A program made the position numbers and the translations under genes. Positions 35,318-43,960 of a stretch of DNA of 64,000 nt are shown in pieces. Every line of letters begins with the position of its first letter. The stretch's first letter is position 1. The notes beneath the pieces are model-generated. The model was given only the letters and a program-made list of their open reading frames with translations. It was not told where the DNA came from and searched no databases. Where the stretch lies: positions 48,742 to 112,741 of the forward strand of contig CADECX010000006.1 of the NCBI GenBank assembly GCA_902825865.1. The letters are read 5' to 3'. Source of the DNA: an uncultured Alphaproteobacteria bacterium (GTDB lineage: Bacteria; Pseudomonadota; Alphaproteobacteria; Micropepsales; Micropepsaceae).

Positions 35318-37015
35318 ATGAAGTGCACATTGAAGTTCGCCGCCACGGCGCGTGACTTTTTGCGGTCCAAGCGCGGCAATGTCGCGATGATGTTCGCCAT
35401 CGCCTTGATGCCGCTGATGATCGGCGCGGGCGCCGGCCTGGATTTCGCGCGCGCCATGATGGTGCGCCAGCAAATGGGGGCGTCGCTGGACGCCGCCGCT
35501 TTGGCGATCGGTTCGACCACCGGCCTGAATTCCACCACCGCACAGGCCTTGGCGCAGAAATATTTCGACGCCAATTACACGGTGGACACGGCGCAGTATG
35601 GGCACGTGACGATCAATCCGCCTGTCTATGACGCCAACGGATCGGTGACCATCACCGCCACCAACAATATGCCCACGGTGCTGATGAAGCTCGCGGGCAT
35701 CACGGCTGTTCCGGTCTCGACTTCTTCCACCGTGGTGTGGGGGCAAACCAAATTGTGGGTGTCGCTGGTGCTGGATAATTCCGGCTCCATGTGCCAGCCC
35801 GACTCCCAGCCTTGCAACGATACCACCAATACCTCGACCAAGATCTACCAGCTCAAAGAGGCCACCAAGACGATGCTGACCAAACTGGAGGCGGTTTCCA
35901 GCACCGCCGGCGATGTGCGGGTGGCGATTGTGCCCTTCGCCCGTTCGGTCGATGTCGGCACCGCCAATGCCGCCGCCAGCTGGCTCTATTGGGGCTTCTG
36001 GGAAGCCCAGCCCGCCAATGCGGCTCTGAACGGCGTCACCGACCTCAATGGACCGAATGATGCCTGCCCGTGGTCGACCGGCACCAAGGGCTTTTATTGC
36101 ACGACGGGCAGCGCCAACGGCTCCTCCAAGAACGTGGACGGCGGCGGCAATAATGTCATTCCCGCCAGCGGCTTGCTCTGTCCGAGCCTAGACAATGGCA
36201 ATTTCAATGCCGATCAGATGAACCATTATTACAACGGTTGCTTCAGCAGCGCAGATACCGGGGCCGTCACCCAGGTCTCTTCCGGCTCAAGCGCGACCTG
36301 CACTGTGAGCGGCCACAAATACAACAATTGCAGCTGCAGCGGCAGCGGTTCCAGCAAGAAGTGCAAGGCAAAGAATTATCTCCACACCTGGGTCGTAAAC
36401 AACCACAACACCTGGGGCGGTTGCGTTACCGACCGCGTGATGGACCACGATATCAGCGTCAGCACACCGTCGAGCGCCAACACCACCGGCTATCCCGCCG
36501 CCAATCCCTCCAACAGGGTCAGCTCGACCAATTGCATGTACGGCGACACCGTACCGCTGGGATACAGTTGGAGCGATCTGGCGGACAAGGTCGACGCCTT
36601 GCAGGCCAAGGGCGCAACCAACCAGGCAATCGGCGTCGCCCATGGCTGGCAAATGCTGGTTCCCAACGGGCCCTTCGGCGCGCCGGCGCTTCCCGCCAAT
36701 ACCACGCGTTACATCATCCTGTTCAGCGACGGTTTGAATACCCAGAACCGCTGGTGGGGTGACGGTTCCACCGAAGGCACCACCGAGGACGGTTATATCG
36801 ACACGCGTATGGGTCTGGCTTGCGCCGCCGCCAAGGCGGATGGCGTGGTCATCTACACGCTGTATGTCCATACCGGCGGCGGCGGCAATTCCGGGCCGCT
36901 TCAGAGCTGCGCTTCCGATTTGTCCAAGTATTACGATCTGACATCGTCGGCCCAGATCGCGACGGCCTTCGCCGATATCACCAAGAAGATCACCAATGTG
37001 CGCGTGAGCATGTAA
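35318..37015 (+). CDS. TadG-like pilus protein with a vWA domain carrying a large Cys-rich insertion
   Basis: It starts at the ATG at 35318 (MKCTLKF...). The TadG N-terminal motif is GNVAMMFAIALMPLMIGAGAGLD. The MIDAS motif is DNSGSM. A Cys/Gly/Ser/Asn-rich middle segment is present, and the C-terminal vWA strands include YIILFSDG. Confidence 0.8.
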   Translation: MKCTLKFAATARDFLRSKRGNVAMMFAIALMPLMIGAGAGLDFARAMMVRQQMGASLDAAALAIGSTTGLNSTTAQALAQKYFDANYTVDTAQYGHVTINPPVYDANGSVTITATNNMPTVLMKLAGITAVPVSTSSTVVWGQTKLWVSLVLDNSGSMCQPDSQPCNDTTNTSTKIYQLKEATKTMLTKLEAVSSTAGDVRVAIVPFARSVDVGTANAAASWLYWGFWEAQPANAALNGVTDLNGPNDACPWSTGTKGFYCTTGSANGSSKNVDGGGNNVIPASGLLCPSLDNGNFNADQMNHYYNGCFSSADTGAVTQVSSGSSATCTVSGHKYNNCSCSGSGSSKKCKAKNYLHTWVVNNHNTWGGCVTDRVMDHDISVSTPSSANTTGYPAANPSNRVSSTNCMYGDTVPLGYSWSDLADKVDALQAKGATNQAIGVAHGWQMLVPNGPFGAPALPANTTRYIILFSDGLNTQNRWWGDGSTEGTTEDGYIDTRMGLACAAAKADGVVIYTLYVHTGGGGNSGPLQSCASDLSKYYDLTSSAQIATAFADITKKITNVRVSM

Positions 37016-37857
37016 TGAGCATTGCGTACCAGGTTCTTGTCCAAATTCTGCTGACCTTATGGCATGTGCTGCCATGGCTGGTGGGCCTGAGCCTGGGTTT
37101 CGCGCTTCTGTCGCGCTGGTCGCCCTGCAATGAGGGGCGTCCCTGGTGGGAAAAGCGGGGCCTGTTCACCGATCTTTGCTACTGGATCTTTTCGCCGGTT
37201 TTCACCCGCTACATACGCATCTGGCTGACGGTGGCCCTGACCGTCGTCCTGTTCGGCATCTCCGACGGCCAGCAGATCACGGAATTCTATAAAAACGGCC
37301 ACGGCCCGCTATCGCATCTGCCTTTGTGGGTGCAGGGCGCGCTCTATGTGGTCGGCACCGATTTCGTGCTCTATTGGATTCATCGCGGCTTTCACCGGGG
37401 CTTCCTGTGGAAGTATCACGCGGTGCACCATGCGTCGGAAGACCTGGAATGGACCAGCGCGGCGCGCTTTCATCCCGTCAATCTTGTGCTGGGCGCGGGC
37501 TTGGTGGATGTGGCGGCGCTGCTCAGCGGCCTTTCCCCCATGATCTTCGTGGTGATCGGTCCGTTCAACATCATTACGTCCTGCCTGGTCCACGCCAATC
37601 TCAATTGGACGTTCGGGCCGCTGCGCTACGTCATTTCCAGCCCGGTTTTCCATCGTTGGCATCATGCCGCCGATGTCAGCGGCAGCAACTTCGCCGGCAC
37701 TTTCGCGCTGTGGGATTGGATGTTCGGCACCTTCCATATGCCGACGGGGCAGCTGCCCCGGGGCTATGGCATCGACGACAAGCAAATGCCGGAAGGGCTG
37801 ATGCCGCAACTGCTCTATCCGATCATGCAGCGCGATCCGGCCGAGCAGGCGGCCTGA
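37015..37857 (+). CDS. Fatty-acid hydroxylase / sterol desaturase-family membrane protein
   Basis: Its ATG overlaps the tadG-like stop (TAATG). Three His boxes (HRGFH, HAVHH, HRWHH) lie in a multi-TM protein. Confidence 0.8.
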   Translation: MSIAYQVLVQILLTLWHVLPWLVGLSLGFALLSRWSPCNEGRPWWEKRGLFTDLCYWIFSPVFTRYIRIWLTVALTVVLFGISDGQQITEFYKNGHGPLSHLPLWVQGALYVVGTDFVLYWIHRGFHRGFLWKYHAVHHASEDLEWTSAARFHPVNLVLGAGLVDVAALLSGLSPMIFVVIGPFNIITSCLVHANLNWTFGPLRYVISSPVFHRWHHAADVSGSNFAGTFALWDWMFGTFHMPTGQLPRGYGIDDKQMPEGLMPQLLYPIMQRDPAEQAA

Positions 37858-37924
37858 CGCCGTGCTTCAGGCGCGGGCGGACGCCCGGCCTGGCCCCGCC
37901 AGGGCACTGTCACTATCCGTGAAA

Positions 37925-38395
37925 TTAGTTCTGGGTGCCTGCAGCGGCGGCGGACGCAGTGCGGGCCGCGGTCTGATGCGCCGCGATCTGGCCAAGGGTG
38001 GCGTCGGAATCCTTGCTGTCGCCCGGCATCGGTGTCGGCTCGCAGCGGCCGCCGGCGCAATTCAGGGTCACGCGCTGGGCGCCGCGATTGAGGGTGACGG
38101 TGCCGCCGCCATTGCTGCCGGTGACGGTGATATGCGTATTGAAAACCATCACATTGTCGCGGTTCAGCGCCATGATGTTGGTGCGGCCATAACCTTTGCC
38201 CTGCACAAAGGCGTGGCGGGCATCGATCATGGTGACGTCGGCGATCATGGGATTGCCGACATAGACGGTCGATACCGGCGTGCGGAAGGTGAGGGTGTGG
38301 ACCTCATCCAGCGCCAGCGCGACGGAGTCGTTCTTGCCCGCGGCAAAGACCGGCGAGGCGGCGATAAGCGTGGCGGCAAAGAGGGCACGGCGCAT
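37925..38395 (-). CDS. Pilus formation protein N-terminal-domain protein (secretin-N-like, periplasmic)
   Basis: It starts at MRRALFAATLIAASPVFA (signal peptide). The core is LDEVHTLTFRTPVSTVYVGNPMIADVTMID. Proteins of this kind are typical of Rhizobiales Tad loci. Confidence 0.65.
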   Translation of the reverse strand: MRRALFAATLIAASPVFAAGKNDSVALALDEVHTLTFRTPVSTVYVGNPMIADVTMIDARHAFVQGKGYGRTNIMALNRDNVMVFNTHITVTGSNGGGTVTLNRGAQRVTLNCAGGRCEPTPMPGDSKDSDATLGQIAAHQTAARTASAAAAGTQN

Positions 38396-38545
38396 GGCGG
38401 ACTCCGGCAAAATCTGGGGTCCACACTAGGCGCTGCGCCATTAAATAAACCTTAAGTTCCGCCTTCAGAATGCAGGAGTCGCCGCGAAATAACCCATTGT
38501 TAAAGGGCGCCCTGACATGCTTGCTGAAACCTTACCAGGCCCAAG

Positions 38546-39802
38546 ATGAAGAAAATTGTCCTCCTGGCGCGCAGCGGCGATTTTCTCACGCGCGAGCGCG
38601 CGGCGCTGTGGGCGGCGGGGCTGATTCTGGCCTCGCTACTCTCTATTCTCTATCTCGGCGTCACCGCCCAGGGGCTCAGCGACTATGCGGGGCGTCCGCT
38701 GGGAACCGACTTCTCTAATGTCTATGCCGCCGGCGTCGCTGTGGCCAAGGGCGATCCCGCCGCGCCGTTCGACATTCATCGCCAGCTCGAGGCCGAGCGG
38801 GCGATATTCGGTCCCGGCACGCCATTCTATGGCTGGCACTATCCGCCCATCTTCCTGTTCGTTGCCCAGGCCTTGGCGCGGCTCGACTATGTTTCCGCCT
38901 TGCTGGTCTGGCAGGGCGTCTCGTTGCTGCTCTATCTCGGAGCGATGAGTCTCTTGCTTCGCCGGAGCGTTGCGCCGGCGCTTCTGCGTGACCGGCTGTG
39001 GCTTCCGCTCACCTTGGGCTTCACCGCCGTCTTCGTGAATCTGATCCATGGGCAGAACGGTCTTCTCACCGCGGCGCTGTTTGCGGCCGGTCTGGCCGTG
39101 TTGGACGAGCGCCCAATTCTCGCCGGCCTTCTATTCGGGCTGCTTTGCTACAAACCGCAATTCGGCGTGCTGATTCCGGTAGTGTTGGCGGCGACGGGAC
39201 GCTGGAGATGCTTTGCCGCGGCCACCGCCGCCGTCGCGTGCCTTGCTGTATTGGCGACGCTGAGTTTCGGCTGGCAAGTCTGGCCGGCCTTCCTGGATTC
39301 CATGACGTTCACGCGCATGGTGGTCCTGGAGCAAGGCAATACCGGTTTTCACAAGATGCAAAGCGCGTTCGCCTGGGCGCGCATGTGGAAGGCGGACATT
39401 TCGCTCGCCTATGGCGCGCAGATTGCGGTTGCCGCGATCACGCTTTTTGCACTGCTGAGAATCTGGCGCTCCTCCATCGCCGCGGGATACAAAAAAGCCG
39501 CCTTGTGCGTCGCCGCCTTGCTGATCACGCCTTATTGCCTGGATTACGACCTGATGCTGTTGGCGCCGGCGATTGCGCTGCTCGCGGCGGAGGGAAAAAA
39601 TCGCGGTTTTGCCGATTTCGAAATTCTGTGCCTGGCGCTTCTGTGGCTGATGCCGATAGCGGCGCGAAATTTTGCGCTGATGACGCTCATTCCGCTCGCG
39701 GTGCCCGCCATGCTTTTTTCCCTGGCGCTGATTTACCGGCGATGCCTTGCCGGAATTCGCACCGCTGGTGCGCTGCAACCCGTCAAAAATATGTCGTGGT
39801 AA
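38546..39802 (+). CDS. GT87-like (DUF2029) polytopic GT-C-type glycosyltransferase
   Basis: The 418-aa protein has about 10 or more TM helices. Its first periplasmic loop carries DFSNVYAAG...FYGWHYPPIFLF, which is a DUF2029/GT87-like motif. Confidence 0.6.
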   Translation: MKKIVLLARSGDFLTRERAALWAAGLILASLLSILYLGVTAQGLSDYAGRPLGTDFSNVYAAGVAVAKGDPAAPFDIHRQLEAERAIFGPGTPFYGWHYPPIFLFVAQALARLDYVSALLVWQGVSLLLYLGAMSLLLRRSVAPALLRDRLWLPLTLGFTAVFVNLIHGQNGLLTAALFAAGLAVLDERPILAGLLFGLLCYKPQFGVLIPVVLAATGRWRCFAAATAAVACLAVLATLSFGWQVWPAFLDSMTFTRMVVLEQGNTGFHKMQSAFAWARMWKADISLAYGAQIAVAAITLFALLRIWRSSIAAGYKKAALCVAALLITPYCLDYDLMLLAPAIALLAAEGKNRGFADFEILCLALLWLMPIAARNFALMTLIPLAVPAMLFSLALIYRRCLAGIRTAGALQPVKNMSW

Positions 39803-39893
39803 ACAAAGGGTGAAAAAAATATCACAGGGCCTTGATTACCGCGGGTTTTCACTGCGAGTTCCGTACAACATTAGAAAACTGCGCCTTTTACCA

Positions 39894-39908
39894 TTAAGCG
39901 CAAATTAA
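39894..39908 (+). promoter_or_regulatory. Perfect CtrA-type box TTAA-N7-TTAA upstream of the flp pilin gene
   Basis: TTAAGCGCAAATTAA lies 96-110 nt upstream of the flp ATG. Confidence 0.45.
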
Positions 39909-40003
39909 GCCGCTCCCCTTAGTGTCGGCGATGTCCGCAACGAGCGAAGAGAGTTCGTCCGGGGTTGGGCATCCTAGGGTGTTACTAAAAGTTGGAGACT
40001 GAA

Positions 40004-40165
40004 ATGAACATTTTCTCGCGTTTTATTCGCGATGAATCGGGCGCCACCGCCATCGAGTATGGCTTGATTGCCGCTCTCATCGCCGTTGTCATCATCACTG
40101 GCGTGACCGCTGTCGGTACCAATCTGTCGGGTACCTTCACCACGCTGTCGACCAAGCTGCTCTAA
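40004..40165 (+). CDS. flp: Flp/Fap-family type IVb pilin (53 aa prepilin)
   Basis: It is not in the ORF track because it is under 60 aa. GGAGA lies 6 nt upstream of the ATG. The translation is MNIFSRFIRDESG/ATAIEYGLIAALIAVVIITGVTAVGTNLSGTFTTLSTKLL, with the Flp motif G/xxxxEY. A strong terminator follows. Confidence 0.9.
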   Translation: MNIFSRFIRDESGATAIEYGLIAALIAVVIITGVTAVGTNLSGTFTTLSTKLL

Positions 40166-40185
40166 GGCTCGGTGAATTGTTAAAA

Positions 40186-40225
40186 GGACGGCCGCCTTTT
40201 TCAAAAAGGCGGCCGTTCGCTTTTC
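40186..40225 (+). terminator. Rho-independent terminator/attenuator after flp
   Basis: The stem ACGGCCGCCTTTTT / AAAAAGGCGGCCGT is followed by TCGCTTTTC. Confidence 0.75.
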
Positions 40226-40273
40226 TGGGCTTCTTTTTGAACACTTCCTTCTAGGTTTTTCCGGAAGATCGCG

Positions 40274-40783
40274 ATGCTCGCGGAAATCTTGGTTCTAGGC
40301 GCATTGCCGCTCCTGCTGGTCGCTGCTGCGGGGTGGGATGTCGCAAGCTTCACAATTCCCAATTTCCTCACCTTGGCGCTGATGGCGGCCTTTGGCGCTT
40401 TCGCGGTTGCCGCCGGCCTGTCCGCCGCCGATATCGGCTGGCATGTTCTGGCTGGATTTGTTGGCCTTTTCGTCGGTTTCACGCTGTTCGCCCTGGGCTT
40501 AATCGGCGGCGGCGACGCCAAGCTTTTTGCCGCCGTCCTGTTGTGGCTGGGTTTGCAGGACTTGCTGCCCTATGCCCTGTTGGCCAGCGTTTTCGGCGGT
40601 CTGCTCACTATTGGTCTGATGATGTTGCGCCGTTGCCCCTTGCCGGCGCTTTTTTCCCGCCAGGCGTGGATCGTGAAGCTGCACGATGCGCGTTCGGGGG
40701 TTCCCTATGGCGTGGCGCTGGCCGCCGGCGCCTTTTTCCTGCTGCCTTCCACGGAAATTTTCCGTCTGGCGGCAGGTGCTTAA
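40274..40783 (+). CDS. cpaA: Prepilin peptidase CpaA/TadV (A24 family)
   Basis: The 169-aa multi-TM protein has the catalytic Asp contexts AGWDVASFTIPN and GGGDAKLFAA. Confidence 0.88.
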   Translation: MLAEILVLGALPLLLVAAAGWDVASFTIPNFLTLALMAAFGAFAVAAGLSAADIGWHVLAGFVGLFVGFTLFALGLIGGGDAKLFAAVLLWLGLQDLLPYALLASVFGGLLTIGLMMLRRCPLPALFSRQAWIVKLHDARSGVPYGVALAAGAFFLLPSTEIFRLAAGA

Positions 40784-40932
40784 CGAACTCTCAACGCGCA
40801 ACCCGCGGTTCTTGAGATAGATTTTAAACAAGTTCAACGCGAAACAATTGTTTTATAAGGCAATTGCGCGGCTCCGTCTTAAGCAATTTCTAAAGGGTTG
40901 CATGGTGAATTGTCACCAAAGGAGCTGCCCTC

Positions 40933-41745
40933 ATGAACACCCAACGCATCATCGTGCTTGGCTTTGCCCTGGTAGCGGCAGGCGGCGCGGCATTTCTTGT
41001 GCGCGGCATGCTCGGCGGCGGCACGCCTGTCGTTCAAGCCAAGCCTGCGCCCACTATCGCAATGAGCGAAGTGCTTGTCGCGAGCACCAACCTCACACCA
41101 GGCCAAGCGCTCACCGCTGAACAAGTGCGCTGGGAGAAATGGCCGTCTTCAACTGTTGATCCGCAATTCATCACGCATGCTGCTGCGGGTGAGGCGGAAG
41201 CAGTGGTGAAAGGCTCCGTCGTGCGCGCGATGATTTTGCCCGGCCAGCCGATCACCAAGACCGCGATCGTTCGCGGTGATGCATCCGGCTTCATGGCCGC
41301 GACTTTGAGCGAAGGCATGCGCGCGGTATCGATCGCCATCAATACCGACTCCGGCGCCGGCGGTTTCATTCTTCCCAACGATCGCGTCGATGTGATCCTC
41401 ACCCGCAAGCCGCAGAACAGCAGCAACCGCGGCTCCGCCAAAACAATCTTGTCGAATCTGCGCGTGCTGGCGGTGGATCAAACCTTCAAACAGGAAAAAG
41501 ACACGCGCACCGTGGTCGGCAAGACCGCGACGGTGGAAGTTTCCCCCGGACAGGCGGAGTTGGTTTCCGCCGCCGCCATGACGGGCCAATTGTCGCTGGC
41601 TCTTCGTCCCTTGAGCGACGGCGATGTCGCCAGCGACAAGGATCCGGCGAAGAAGCCCCGCGCCGTGGCAACCTATGACGGCCCTGTGTCCGTGATCCGT
41701 TACGGCATGACAGGCGGCGCCAATGCGCAGGAGAATGATCAGTGA
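40933..41745 (+). CDS. cpaB: Flp pilus assembly protein CpaB/RcpC
   Basis: It has an N-terminal TM helix, an SAF-like domain (VLVASTNLTPGQALT) and the block ILPNDRVDVIL. Confidence 0.88.
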   Translation: MNTQRIIVLGFALVAAGGAAFLVRGMLGGGTPVVQAKPAPTIAMSEVLVASTNLTPGQALTAEQVRWEKWPSSTVDPQFITHAAAGEAEAVVKGSVVRAMILPGQPITKTAIVRGDASGFMAATLSEGMRAVSIAINTDSGAGGFILPNDRVDVILTRKPQNSSNRGSAKTILSNLRVLAVDQTFKQEKDTRTVVGKTATVEVSPGQAELVSAAAMTGQLSLALRPLSDGDVASDKDPAKKPRAVATYDGPVSVIRYGMTGGANAQENDQ

Positions 41746-43244
41746 TGTCCCCCCAAAAAATTCTTTTCGCTTTTGTGCTGGCGCTTGCTGCGCCTAGCGC
41801 CGCATTCGCCGCTCCCGCGCGTCCGGTGATCGACGAGGCCAACGCCAAGGTGATGACCATCTCCACCAAGGGCTCTACGCATCAGCGTCTGACCCTGCCG
41901 CTGGACAAGGCGGCGGTGGTGCAGCTCGATGCCGATGCCCGCGATGTGCTGGTGTCCAATCCCGAGCTGGTGGACGCCGTGGTGCGCACACCGCGCCGCA
42001 TCTTCCTTTTGGCCACCAAGGTGGGCCAGACCAACGCTTTCTTCTTTGATGCCCAGGGCAAGCAGATCCTGGCGCTGGATATCCGCGTCGAGAAGGATGT
42101 GGTGGACCTGGCCAGCTTGATGAAGGCCAGCATGCCCAATTCCGCCATTCAGGTGCAGGCCTTGAACGACAACGTCATTTTGACGGGTCAAGTCGCCAGC
42201 GCCTTGGAAGCCACGCGCGCCGCCGATCTGGCGGCTCGCCTGACCGGCGATCCCAAGAAGGTCATCAATATGATCGGCATCGCCGGCGGCCAGCAGGTGA
42301 TGCTGAAAGTCCGTATCGCCGAAATGAACCGCAATGTCGCCAAGCAGTTCGGCGTCAATCTGGCGGGCGCGAAAATCGTGGGCGGTTCCACCCCGATCGG
42401 CGTCTCGACCTCCAACCAGTTCAACCTGGTCGGCCAGGCGTTGAGCGATTTGTCGGGCGGTCAGTTCGGCCAGGTCTGCCAGGGCGGCCCGGGTGCCAGC
42501 CTCAATCCCTTTGCCACGCTCTCGCAGGGCGCCGGAAATTGTACCCTCAATAATAATGTCCAGGGCCAGCTCAAGGCGCTGGAACGCGTCGGCCTGGTGC
42601 ATATGCTGGCCGAGCCCAACCTGACCGCGGTCAGCGGCGAAACCGCGAAGTTCCTCGCCGGCGGCGAGTTTCCGGTCCCCGCCAGCCGCGACCGCGACGG
42701 CAACGTCACGGTGGAATTCAAGCCCTTCGGTGTCGGTCTCAGCTTCACGCCCGTGATCGTGGCGCCCGACCGCATCAGCCTGCAGATTTCCAGCGAAGTC
42801 AGCGAATTGACCAATACCGGTTCATTCACGCTGGCGGGCGGCAGCGGCGGCGCCGGCCTGACCATTCCCGCTTTGTCGGTGCGCCGCACCGCCACCACCA
42901 TCGAATTGCCCTCCGGCGGCAGCTTCGCGGTGGCCGGCTTGATGCAGCACAATACCAAGCAGGTGGTCGACGGCTTTCCCGGCGTGAAGGATTTGCCGGT
43001 GCTGGGCGCCCTGTTCCGCAGTCGCGATTTCGCCGATGACACGACCGAATTGGTGGTGCTGGTCAGCGCCTATCTGGTCGAACCCACCAGCGAAGCCGCG
43101 TTGAGCGCGCCGACCGACGGCTTCATCGCGCCGTCCGATCCGGAAACCATTCTGCTGGGCCGTCTGAACGCGGTCTACAAGAGAAAAGACGAAAAGCCCG
43201 TCTCGCCGCAGGCCTCCGCGCCTGTTGGCTTTGTCGTGCGCTAG
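41745..43244 (+). CDS. cpaC: Flp pilus secretin CpaC/RcpA
   Basis: It has a signal peptide, a BON-like N-domain and the secretin core (LAEPNLTAVSGETAKFLAGGEFPVP...GFPGVKDLPVLGALFRS). The GTG at 41742 is an alternative start. Confidence 0.92.
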   Translation: MSPQKILFAFVLALAAPSAAFAAPARPVIDEANAKVMTISTKGSTHQRLTLPLDKAAVVQLDADARDVLVSNPELVDAVVRTPRRIFLLATKVGQTNAFFFDAQGKQILALDIRVEKDVVDLASLMKASMPNSAIQVQALNDNVILTGQVASALEATRAADLAARLTGDPKKVINMIGIAGGQQVMLKVRIAEMNRNVAKQFGVNLAGAKIVGGSTPIGVSTSNQFNLVGQALSDLSGGQFGQVCQGGPGASLNPFATLSQGAGNCTLNNNVQGQLKALERVGLVHMLAEPNLTAVSGETAKFLAGGEFPVPASRDRDGNVTVEFKPFGVGLSFTPVIVAPDRISLQISSEVSELTNTGSFTLAGGSGGAGLTIPALSVRRTATTIELPSGGSFAVAGLMQHNTKQVVDGFPGVKDLPVLGALFRSRDFADDTTELVVLVSAYLVEPTSEAALSAPTDGFIAPSDPETILLGRLNAVYKRKDEKPVSPQASAPVGFVVR

Positions 43245-43253
43245 GAGGTCGTC

Positions 43254-43940
43254 ATGAAGCCTGAATATTTTCTTCGCGGTGCTGCCCTCGCCACGATCCT
43301 GATCGCAGGATCCTGCTCCACCACCGACCCCAATTCGGTGGTTTGGGAAGACGGCGCCCGCAACCATCCGATCCTGGTGGAACCCAGCTATCGCGATTTG
43401 AAGGTCCAGTTCGCGGGCGGTGCCGACGGCATGAGCAGCGATGACGCCATCAAGTTCGACAACTTCCTGGCCGATTACCGCGCGCGCGGCAATGGCAGCC
43501 TGGGCATCAGCGTTCCCAACGGCCCCGCCAGCCGCGCCGCCATCACCTATTTCGGCGAACGCGCCGCTGCGACCGGCATCAGCCGCGACAAGATTCTGGT
43601 CTCCACCCGCGAGGTCGCCAATGGCGATACCCGCGTCGATATCACCTACATCGCCTATACCGCGCGCACCCAGGCCTGCGGCGACTGGTCGGAGAATGAA
43701 TCCTACACTTTGGACAACAGCACGCCGAAGAGATTCGGCTGTTCGGTGCAGCAGAATATCGCCGCCATGGTCGCCGATCCGCGCGATCTGCTGGGCCCGG
43801 GCCGCATGGGACCGGTGGACACGGCGCGCCGCGCCACTGTGATGGACAAATACGAGAAGGGTGAGGTCACCCAGGCTACCAAGCGCTCTGCCGATATCGG
43901 CAGCGAGCAATCCGCCAATACATCCTCTGTTGGCCAGTAA
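43254..43940 (+). CDS. cpaD: Pilus assembly lipoprotein CpaD
   Basis: It has a lipobox (LIAGSC) and the CpaD-like block GCSVQQNIAAMVADPRDL. Confidence 0.8.
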   Translation: MKPEYFLRGAALATILIAGSCSTTDPNSVVWEDGARNHPILVEPSYRDLKVQFAGGADGMSSDDAIKFDNFLADYRARGNGSLGISVPNGPASRAAITYFGERAAATGISRDKILVSTREVANGDTRVDITYIAYTARTQACGDWSENESYTLDNSTPKRFGCSVQQNIAAMVADPRDLLGPGRMGPVDTARRATVMDKYEKGEVTQATKRSADIGSEQSANTSSVGQ

Positions 43941-43960
43941 CGCGTGAAACGGAACCACAC

